Shown piece by piece: positions 53,466-64,000 of a DNA stretch of 64,000 nucleotides. The notes under the pieces are model-generated. The model had not been told where the DNA came from and searched no databases. It saw only the letters and a program-made list of their open reading frames with translations. Within the stretch, counting starts at the first letter, position 1. Each line of letters opens with the position of its first letter. Source of the stretch: Eledone cirrhosa. Taxonomy: Eukaryota. The stretch covers positions 138,074,001 to 138,138,000 of the forward strand of contig OZ024742.1 of the NCBI GenBank assembly GCA_964016885.1, read 5' to 3'. The position numbers and the translations under genes were made by a program.

Positions 53466-53627
53466 AAGCAAGCGATAAACACACTCTCATTCCCATATAC
53501 AAACATACACACACACACACATATATATACATGGGTGTATGTGTGTGTGTGTGTGTGAGTGTGTGTGCATCCGTATGTGGTAGACAGCTGAGAGAAAGGA
53601 GTACTGAATACTGAAGTACAGTTTTAA

Positions 53628-53760
53628 TATTCATTTATCTAAAGGTTAAAAAGTCAGTCTTGTTACTCTGGAGTTTCGCCTGTTCACCACAGGGTTATTA
53701 GTAATAAGCAGCCGAAACTCTAGAGTAACCAGAATCACATTCTAGCCTTAATATAAATCA

Positions 53761-53763
<3 letters not shown>
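53628..53763. repeat. Old fold-back insert with hammerhead 3' halves
   Basis: Diverged arms 53628-53678 / 53713-53763; GAAA-CTCTAGAG-TA; ends at (TA)n. Confidence 0.6.
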
Positions 53764-53799
<36 letters not shown>

Positions 53800-53959
53800 G
53801 AGGGGTGGGGGTATGTGAGGGTGTATTGTGTGTGTGTGTTTTGTGTGTTAATTTTATATAGAAATGACTTCTACGGGACAAGAACTGTTTCATTCGTATG
53901 AAATCACCAGGAAAGTCAGGTAAAATTGATTAAGCGTTGTTATTTATTGCTGTCTTAGT

Positions 53960-54200
53960 TGGTAGTTGAGAGTTGTTATGGGTTCCTATCTAATGAAGCA
54001 ATTATCTAGAAGAACTGATGAGATCATCAAGGGAATCAGGCGGAGAGCCTTCTTGATTGACCACCCTGATGTGGCATCGAATAATAATGAATTGCTTTGG
54101 TTTATAACCAATAAGGCACCACCCATCAACTGCTTGTTAGAATCATTTGAAGAAGACCTCTTCCGAATGTTAAAAAGATCCATACCATTCCAGGCCTACC
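53960..54200 (+). pseudogene. PLE ORF N-terminal fragment
   Basis: YLMKQL..IIKGIRRRAF..APP..LESFEEDL resembles the N-terminus of Penelope/Poseidon ORFs. Confidence 0.5.
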
Positions 54201-55282
54201 TCAGAACATTTTTTCCTGCCATGCATGTCTTATATTACGTGTCAAAAGAACTTCAGCGTACTGGCTACGAATCCTTATCAATTCTCTAAAATAAGATGAC
54301 ATACGTAGACAATACACTGTCAACTGATATACGCCATGTTCATACTAGTCGTTCAAAGAAAATGCTGAATATTTGATATCCGAAGATATACAATAAAAAT
54401 GTATGTTATATAACTAAAAATTCTATAAGTTATGAAACGCAATGTGGTTCCTTTCCTGCAAGATTCGGTTGTGGCTTTGATGAATAATGCATAATACCAG
54501 GCATGCTTCGTGGTTGATTAAATGCTTTTTTACGATCCTTCCTTACAAATGTGTTGTATTGTATTCCTGTTAAAATTGATTATTGTATGCAATATGTAGC
54601 ACGTCACGTTGCATTTCAATTTTCGATTTAAACCCTTTCATGTCAATAATGTAGGCTAATCCATTTGGGAAATGCATGAACATTACATCAAACCAATTCA
54701 TAGTCCCAATTAATTTTAGAATATGTGCAAGTTCGAAAACAACACGCATAAATCCGGTAGTTTTTTGTTTTGCTTTTTGTGTGTGTGAAAATACTAGAGA
54801 AATCTAATATCCATTTATAATATCTAGATCTATATCGATTAATGAATGTCTTCCGGTTAAAAAGTTCTTACATAAAAGCGTTCTTTTGAAGGACAAATGT
54901 ACTCGAAGCTTCAAGGAAGCCACGCGTAAATTGCAAATAGTAAAAAGAAAAAAAATGCTGTAATAACTTCAAATAAATAACTAAGCCTATAGCAAATAAA
55001 AAAAAAATAAAAGAAAAAATAAACACACGTAATAAATTGGGTTATTTTCGTTATATCTTTAACATAGAATCAATGAACCAATGCAAAGCTGGATTAATGA
55101 ATTAATGAATTTCTAAAGTTAATTTAATTGAAACACGTGCTCAAACTTCATCTGTAGATGATGGAAATACACTGTACAATCAATACTGAAACAAACAACG
55201 AATTGCAATCTAACTGATTAATATTATAATCATTTTAATACATAATGGTTTTCAGTGTTTGTAATATATTTGTATCGTATAA

Positions 55283-55420
55283 AGGTTGGTGAACTGGCAG
55301 ATATGTAAGACAGTCGGATAAAATGCCATTCCATTATTTGTTCTGAGATCAAATACCGCCGAGGTCACCTTTGCCTCTTATCTTTCCGGGTTCGATAAAA
55401 TGAAGTATTTAGTCAACTTT
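55283..55420 (+). mobile_element. SINE, diverged
   Basis: CAAATACCGCCGAGGTCACCTTTGCCT..TCGATAAAATGAAGTA. Confidence 0.7.
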
Positions 55421-55486
55421 ACCCTTCCCACAAATTTATTTACAATGTGCTTGAATTGGAAATACATATATATATATATATATATA

Positions 55487-55579
<93 letters not shown>

Positions 55580-55595
55580 CTTTGTGTGTTTAGAA

Positions 55596-55845
55596 GCATG
55601 GCTTAGTAGGTGGAATATTGGGCTTGAAATAGTGAGATTATGAGTTCGGTTTCCGGACAGGGTGCTGCGTTCTGTCCTTTGGAAGGACAATTTATTTCAC
55701 GCTGTAGAACTGAGTGGTGGTGTCACTGGTCCCAAGCTGTATCAGCCATTGATTTTCCCTTGGACAACATCGGTGGCATGGTCTCCTCTCCGGTAGAGAT
55801 GGATGACTGCTGATCCTCCACAAACAAACTGGCCCAGAGGGGAAA
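55596..55845 (+). mobile_element. Second-family tRNA-like SINE
   Basis: GCATGGCTTAGTAGG...GAGTTCGGTTTCC head; body complementary to 59780-59900. Confidence 0.55.
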
Positions 55846-55944
55846 TTTTTATGCGCAAATCACATGGTCACTCCTGACGTTTTTATGTGCAAATCATATG
55901 GTCACTCCTGACGTTTTTATGTGCAAATCACATGGTCACTCCTG
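55846..55944. repeat. About 3 x 34-bp minisatellite
   Basis: TTTTTATGTGCAAATCACATGGTCACTCCTGACG units. Confidence 0.9.
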
Positions 55945-56112
55945 TGTTCTTATATATATATATATATATAATATAAACATATATATATATTATTCAAGGA
56001 AAGAAACGTTGGTTGATCAAATAATTGACCGACTATACTATAAACAGAGGTAAGCACTCCACGAGGTTGATCCCATAAAGCATTAAATATAACGTATCAG
56101 ACGGAGTGCCAG

Positions 56113-56473
56113 TATTATAAGAAGAGACAGTTTTATAAATACATTCTCTGTTTATTATATAATCCTGTTTTATGCATTTCAAAGTCATTAAAGTGATTGC
56201 ATAATAAGCCTTTGATGTGTTGTCATCAGGCAGGTGTTAAGGTGTAATATGTTTTTCTGTTTCTTATATGCTCACTACAGTTTGGATCACGATGATAGCA
56301 GCCTGAATACAAGTGAGCATATCAAATACAAAATCATATTACACCTTAACACATGTCTTATGACAACACATCAAAGGATTATTATGCAATCACTTTAATG
56401 TCTTTGAAATGCACATATCAGCATTGTATAATAAACAGAAGATGTGAACATAAAACCGTATCCTCTATATAAT
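56113..56473. repeat. Diverged fold-back (~160-bp arms) with degenerate hammerhead
   Basis: 56113-56276 pairs with 56312-56473; minus 56164-56234 reads CTGATGA...GAAA-TGCA-TA. Confidence 0.7.
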
Positions 56474-56490
56474 ATAATATATATATATAT

Positions 56491-57230
56491 ATATGAGAGA
56501 CGTAAAATAAGAAAATTATAAAATTAACTTACTTACTAAAAAATCACTTCCAACTAATTAATTTTATAATTTTCTTATTTTACGTCTCTCATATTATTGT
56601 TCTGCAACCCCATGCATTGAACCACATTGTTAATAAGACAAAACCTATATATTTGCTAGCATTGATATGCATCTGTGTGTATATAAATGTTATTAGATAT
56701 AAATTCCTTATAATTATCTCCAATTCATTTGTGGAGCAATATTTGGCCATGACTGCTACTATGGTAGTAAGCTGGCCGCTGTCTTAATAACCACTCGCTT
56801 TCCACTGATTGACCTCGATGTCACGTGATTGATTCTTTTTGAATTTGCCACAGACGTAGAGGCAGTGATTTTCTCAATGGCTTGGAATCCAGTCCACGCT
56901 TCGCTATTTCCATTCCACTGAATTATTTTTTTAATAAGTTTCCAGTGTCCTCGCTATGCCTGGAGACCTATACGGCAAAAGACTTTCCTGATGACGGAAT
57001 GATTTTCTATATGTTTCTTCGGAAAATATATTTACTCCATTCCAGAAACTAATTAGTTGGAAGTGATTTTTTAGTAAGTAAGTTAATTTTATAATTTTCT
57101 TATTTTACGTCTCTCATATTATTGTTCTGCAACCCCATGCATTGAACCACATTGTTAATAAGACAAAACCTATATATTTGCTAGCATTGATATGCATCTG
57201 TGTGTATATAAATGTTACTAGATATAAATT

Positions 57231-57237
<7 letters not shown>
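56491..57237 (+). mobile_element. Retrozyme-like/PLE-terminus insert: inverted stub plus about 1.3 copies of a 525-bp unit
   Basis: 56560-56712 is repeated at +525; 56491-56560 is the reverse complement of 57050-57119; (TA)n on both sides. Confidence 0.8.
56982..57064 (+). ncRNA. Type I hammerhead motif
   Basis: ACTTTC-CTGATGA-C-GGAAT...ATTCC-A-GAAA-CTAATTAG-TT-GGAAGT. Confidence 0.8.
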
Positions 57238-57296
<59 letters not shown>

Positions 57297-57300
<4 letters not shown>

Positions 57301-57556
57301 TAAAAGAGAAAACACAGGTAAGCATTAAGAGAAGGATTTTATCCAGGTATTTACGACCGTTTCAAACGGTCGTAAATACCTGGATAAAATCCTTCTCTTA
57401 ATGCTTACCTGTGTTTTCTCTTTTATACTTTGTACTCCAAGATTGAACGGAATTCTTACAAACTTGTGGCGTTACCCCTAACCGTACGTTGAAACCATCC
57501 ATGAAACTGGCTTTCTTAACCAAAAACTGGATCACAATCACCAATTCTTTGCTTCT

Positions 57557-57642
<86 letters not shown>

Positions 57643-57898
57643 TAAAAGAGAAAACACAGGTAAGCATTAAGAGAAGGATTTTATCCAGGTATTTACGACC
57701 GTTTCAAACGGTCGTAAATACCTGGATAAAATCCTTCTCTTAATGCTTACCTGTGTTTTCTCTTTTATACTTTGTACTCCAAGATTGAACGGAATTCTTA
57801 CAAACTTGTGGCGTTACCCCTAACCGTACGTTGAAACCATCCATGAAACTGGCTTTCTTAACCAAAAACTGGATCACAATCACCAATTCTTTGCTTCT

Positions 57899-57904
<6 letters not shown>
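57297..57904. repeat. Two identical palindrome+tail inserts (period 342 bp) separated by (TA)n
   Basis: 133-bp perfect palindrome 57297-57429 plus tail to 57562; repeated at 57639-57904. Confidence 0.9.
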
Positions 57905-57961
<57 letters not shown>

Positions 57962-58249
57962 TGCAGATAGTTGATGAAATAAATAATAAAAGAAAGATAC
58001 ACATATATCCCTATCCTCATACAGACTACAACGTACACATATCCATATGCCAAATATCATAGATGAGAGGGTGTTATAGAGTTATGACTACTACTGCAAC
58101 TGTTGATGTTTCTGATGCAGTTGCTACTACTAGTGTTACTATTACTAAAACTGCTTCTACTACTGCTACTGTGTTTATTATAAACCTCTCCTGAAGGGTT
58201 ATGTTGACAACAAATTGTTTGAATATAAAGAAATAATAATAATAAAAAT

Positions 58250-58437
58250 AATTGTTTCTATTTTAGGCACAAGGCCAGCAATTATCCAGTACATTACTGG
58301 TACTTTATTTTATCGACCCCCGTAAGGATGAAAGGCAAAGTTAACCTCGGCCAGATTTGAACTCAGATCGTAAAGGGACGTAACTATGCTGGAAAGCATG
58401 TCCGACCCTTTACCGATACTGCCAATTCACCGCCCTT
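58250..58437 (-). mobile_element. SINE, full length
   Basis: Consensus core on the minus strand. Confidence 0.9.
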
Positions 58438-58559
58438 AATAATAATAAAAATAATATTATTTCTTTATTGGCTATAACAACCGAAACATGTAGGACAATA
58501 CACAAGTCGAATGAACAGAAACCAATTTACTACAGAATTACACAATAAGTGGAAGCACC

Positions 58560-59625
58560 AACCAGGAGTAATTATGAAGCTGATAGATTACATTTATCCT
58601 GCTCAATATGAGCCGCTCTCCATTCTGAACTCACAAGTCTACAGACACATATTTAATATAGGCCTACCCAGTTACACCAGCCACGCTACATTCAGCAACC
58701 ATTTTAACAATTATGCTGAGGTGGGGCTGCACTCTTAATTCCAACCTCCTTTCCAAATCAAATTTGTAAAAGTCGATGAAGGGTTGGTCGAGGCGTAATT
58801 TGTCTGGCTTTAGTTCTTTCAAGCTCGTCCACCACACGGCCGCGTTCGCCATGACCAATAAGTAGATGAAAATTGCCCACCGTTTGTAACTAAAGGAAAA
58901 TGGCGGGGCTACATTTACGATGGATTTAGGTGATCAGTCCTACACGCGAATACATCTAACCAACATAGCTTCACAAGTCTGCAATATTTCGTAACTGTAT
59001 GAGGTCATGTGGGATGGTTTCAGCTGACGGTACTTCCGGTAATTGCTAGGCAAGGGATTTCTGGGAATTATCGATTGTGCTCGAGCTGCAAGTTTTCTAG
59101 AAGAGAGTGCATAGATGACCGTCTTTCACGCCCAGAATCCCATGAAAAAATTCGTCACTTTCCATAGTATTAACTTGTGATTGCTTATCATCATGTTCGG
59201 CGCACCTGGTCGGCCACTCAACAGGTATTGATAAAAGATGGACCACCCACTCAATGGAATGGGTCTCTTCCAAATATTGACAAATTACTCGCTCCGTTTC
59301 AATAAGAAGATCAATTGGTAGTAGATACCATAGGCGATATACCTATTCGCCACTTCTGTCCCGTTATTTCAGGGCTGGTTATCTCTCGGGACATTTCTGG
59401 TAGTTTATTTTATCGACACCGACAGTATCAAAGAGAAAGCAAACCACTGTTGAATTTGACCTGAGAACAGCTGAGCGAAGTGCTGCTGAAAAGCCGCGCA
59501 CGTTTTCCCGGGTTCGAGTAACATGCGCCCGTCGTGGTACTCCAGCAATACTGGTTTGTAAGCAGATCCTGAGGGACTCTCAGCTGCTTCATAAGACCAA
59601 TCGCTAAACAATCTCTAAACACACA
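58560..59625 (-). mobile_element. Decayed L1/Tx1 ORF2 fragments
   Basis: AFQQHFAQLF is identical to ORF 5650-7275; C-terminal AVWWT..FKF-like remnant. Confidence 0.65.
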
Positions 59626-59779
59626 GCACATTGAAAGATGGAACTAGCCCACTATGTAGAATATTCTACAAACATGTTGTTACAGCTAACACCTATGCAG
59701 GTTTAGCTGGCACGCTCCAGCTCTTTAGAGTTGTCTTGGGGGATTTAATGATAGGGACCCCAGAACTATCATCTCATTT

Positions 59780-59899
59780 CTACAGTGGAGTAAACTGGAG
59801 CAACGTGAAATAAAGTATCTTGCTCAAGGAAACAACATATCACCCGGTCCTAGAATTGAACTCACAACCTTTCGATATCAAGCCCAATGCCACATCACT

Positions 59900-59900
<1 letters not shown>
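59780..59900 (-). mobile_element. Second-family SINE fragment
   Basis: GTGAAATAAAGTATCTTGCTCAAGGAAACAAC..GAATTGAACTCACAACC. Confidence 0.6.
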
Positions 59901-60562
<662 letters not shown>

Positions 60563-61467
60563 GTTTCTACAATGAAAACATCTATTGCTCTAGGCTCAAG
60601 GCCTGAACCCGGAAATAGAGAAACAGAACTGAGCTAAACGAAATAACACAACAATAATAATAATAATATGCACATGAGCCAGCATCAATAGCAATTGCAG
60701 TTGAATCAGTAATTGCTGTAGTAACATCAGTAGTAGCAATAGAAGTAGCTGCAACAAACAGCAATATTTTCTAACAAAGAGCAGAGGCATACAGGAGTAA
60801 TATCATCATCAGTCCGGATAAAACACGTAAACATAATGCCGATGTATAGAGACAGGTATAGAAAAGAAAAGTTATTATAACAACTGAATGAAGCAGATAA
60901 TAGATATGAATCGGAAATAATGATGGCAATATATTCGTTATAAATCACAGAGTTGTTATACCTGTAATATAGGTTAGTGTTCAACTACAGTAAGGTTGTC
61001 TAATATACAGTTATAATTATAAGTGTATTGAGTAAAGTGCATCAGCAGTCACTATTGATGTTATTTATTGCTTCGGTATATGCTGTAATAATTTAATATC
61101 GTTTATATAGAAGCATAGTAGCTTTTCCCATATGATGATATATATACACACAAAGCACACGTATTCATATACCACGTAATATGGAAACAGACGTACAAAT
61201 ATAAAGAAGAATGCACACTTGCACGAAGATAGCACAAGTTGATCGCTTGATTTTCAACAAGTAGCATTGAAGGCTTTATATAAAACATAGTACTGTCGTG
61301 AACAATATGGGATTTACTGGACAATGTATGAGATATATGAAATTACATGATGCTCACGAAGAGAATGCAATATAACTGCGGTGGTGCTGGCTTATGGCAG
61401 ATACAGAATTTAAACAAAATAAAGAGCCATAAGAACACACGGTTTAGGTAAACGCCACCAATACACT

Positions 61468-61645
61468 GTGTATCGGTAGAGGGTCGGGCGCCATGCTTTG
61501 ACGCATAGAGTTACGGCCCTTGCCATTCTGAGTTCAAATCCCGCCGAGGTTAACTTTGCCTTTCATCCTTACGGGGTCGATAGAATAAAGTACCAGTAAT
61601 GCACTGGATATTTGCTGGCCTTGTGCCTAAAGTAGAAACAATTAT
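61468..61645 (+). mobile_element. SINE, near full length
   Basis: Consensus core. Confidence 0.9.
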
Positions 61646-61665
61646 TAGAAAAAATATTAATATAA

Positions 61666-61715
<50 letters not shown>

Positions 61716-61725
61716 AACCAGTAAG

Positions 61726-61819
61726 ACCCCGAGGGCCGAGCTCAAGCCGTTTCGACGGCTAATTCTGGACTAAGTGAAAATTTATCCTGGTATTTAAATA
61801 GCCGATCTTCTCAAGGGGT
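61726..61819 (-). ncRNA. Type I hammerhead motif, U3-A8 core
   Basis: ACCCC-TTGAGAA-GATCGGCTA...TAGCCGTC-GAAA-CGGCTTGAGCTCGGCCC-TC-GGGGT; the 2661-2688 copy has the intact stem III (AGCCG-TC). Confidence 0.75.
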
Positions 61820-62848
61820 AATTCCATATATGGTCAAAGTGATTGTCAAAAATCAGTAGTAATTCTGTGGTTGCAAATTAGTAGGGGAGATGGTGGCTAA
61901 ACCTGCCAGTAGGAGAAAGAGGGGAGGGGGTGGAGTAGACCCAATCAAGCGTTGGTAGTGCCAGCTACAGCTGGGCATGAGGTCAAAGAAGATACAGGGG
62001 AGGGGGAGGGGGAGGAAGTCGGAACGGTAGGTAGAACAATGGGGGGTAGAAATAGGAAAGAAAAAATACTGAGAGTGAAGAAAAGCAAATAAGTGTAAAG
62101 AAAAAAGTAAAGTAAATTAAATTCTACGACCTAGGTGTCAGGCTATTGTTAGGCGAGAATAAAATAAAGAAAGAAAGAAGTAAATAAATAAATAAATAAA
62201 TAAATAAGGAAATAAGTAAAAGAACTAGGTGGGACGAGATAGGCAAGGACCCTTTTAAGAGGTATAAGTACGTAAATGATACGGTGACGGGCCAACAAAA
62301 GGGGCCAAAATACTAAAGAGACTACCACGAAATAAACAATAAAGGTTTCCATCCCGGGCCAGCAACGACCCAGTGCAGCAAAGTGAACTTGTTCGAGATA
62401 ATAATTCTGAGTCCCGAGAAAAATAAATACTAATGCTAACTCTAAAAGATCTAAAACAAGCTACATGAAAGTTCGTACGAAATAAAGGTAGAATACGGAA
62501 AAATAAATTCAGAATCCACCCCGCCCAGAAGAAAAGCGAAGCAAGAAATACTGAAACGAAAAAATAAGGCATAAGTGCCACTAAGAAATATAGAGGGCAC
62601 AGAGAATAGTGGGAGCGGTCGGAAAAAGGGGGCAAGTATCCGGGGTCTAAGCCAACTGCTATAAAGGGCGGAGTCCGCCAAATCTATCATAGACTAGGGG
62701 AGGGGTGGTGGGGGTACTAAGGCTACATGGGGCCAAAGGGCAGCCTAAGTGGGCGAGAAAAGACGCCGACAAAGGAGAAGAGCTGGGGTAGAAGGACAAA
62801 GGAGAGAGGGGGGGAAGGAAATAAAGGAAGCGATAAAAGAATACAATA

Positions 62849-63682
62849 TCCCGTTTGTCAGCTAATGAGCGGATATTCGATGAACATGCGCCTTATTACA
62901 ACCAGGCCCTCAAGCGGAGTGGTTTCCGGGAGGAAATATCCTACTGTCCAGCTCCCATTAGCGGAACCAGCAGGAGACACCGCCGCTCACACAATGTAAC
63001 ATGGTTCAATCCTCCCCACAACGCAGAGGTGACTACTCCCATCGGGAAACTATTCTTTAGGCTCATTGAAAAACACTTCCCATTACAACACCGCCACCAC
63101 AACATAATTAACAAAAATACCATCAAACTCTCTTACAGCACTACACCAAACTTCGCACAAAACATCGTCTCCTCTAACAACAAAAAACTCAACCCCGATG
63201 GCAGAAATAACCTAAATAGCAGCGGAGAACCGACCAGGAGGTGTAACTGCCCGGATAGATCTATTTGCCCACTCGACAATAGATGCAGAGACCGTAATGT
63301 GATCTACCAGTGCAACGTGAGGACGGATACCTCCAACAAAGCCTATATAGGACTTACCGCATGTGACTTCAAGACCCGGCTATACCAACATAGACATAGC
63401 TTCCGAAACCCTGCCCGGCGTCACGCCACTACACTTTCGGGCCACATATGGGACCTCAAGGACAACAACATCACCTATGATCTCACTTGGAGATTACTGT
63501 CCAGAGCCAATTCTTACACGGGAGGACGCCGTCCGTGCAATTTATGCTCGGAGGAAACTTTACAAATGCTGTTTTCGACGGACCAACTCCTAAACAAGAA
63601 AGATGAACTGGTTACTGCATGTAAACATAGATTGCGTAGGACTTACCTCGCCCTCAAACCCCATAATGACCCGGGGGGGTAG
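62849..63682 (+). pseudogene. PLE C-terminal fragment (RT thumb, linker, GIY-YIG), open frame but 5'-truncated
   Basis: WFNPP, KLSYSTTPN, CNC..CPL..C, VIYQC..AYIG, FKTRLYQH; homologous to ORF 29259-30455. Confidence 0.9.
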
Positions 63683-64000
63683 ACTAGGGCTATAACACCC
63701 CACTTGCCGATTTTGCAATGGGTAACCCCTGCTTGCCAAGGAAGACGTAAGACTTTCTTTGTATTATTTTATCGCTTCCTTTATTTCCTTCCCCCCTCTC
63801 TCCTTTGTCCTTCTACCCCAGCTCTTCTCCTTTGTCGGCGTCTTTTCTCGCCCACCCGAGGCTGCCCTTTGGCCCCATGTAGCCTTAGTACCCCCACCAC
63901 CCCCTCCCCTAGTCTATGATAGATTTGGCGGACTCCGCCCTTTATAGCAGTTGGCTTAGACCCCGGATACTTGCCCCCTTTTTCCGACCGCTCCCACTAT

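Larger units (their letters stand above)
61714..64000 (+). mobile_element. Penelope-like element, 5'-truncated, with >1.1-kb inverted arm; runs off the window
   Basis: ORF remnant 62849-63682; 62606-62846 is inverted at 63759-64000; left end at (TA)n. Confidence 0.9.

Overview
AT-rich, repeat-dense animal genomic DNA; the SINE family and microsatellite load suggest a cephalopod (inference). I find no convincing intact host gene. The window holds (TA)n/(TG)n microsatellites, about 20 tRNA-like SINE copies, a broken L1/Tx1-type LINE, RTE, R4/Dong-like and CRE-like relics, five Tc1/mariner elements, a Helentron-like element, and three 5'-truncated Penelope-like elements (PLE; RT remnant plus GIY-YIG) with long inverted arms. 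The main observation comes from manual folding: about 15 loci carry whole or partial type I hammerhead ribozyme (HHR) motifs, mostly with palindromic stem/loop III. They lie near the ends of the PLE arms and inside small non-coding fold-back inserts of the form (TA)n-arm-inverted arm-tail-(TA)n. The cores include canonical CUGANGA, compensatory U3-A8 and a recurrent CAGAAGA variant. Several fold-back junctions fall inside the ribozyme, and one insert looks like a 525-bp retrozyme-like unit. All structures were read by eye and cleavage activity is untested.
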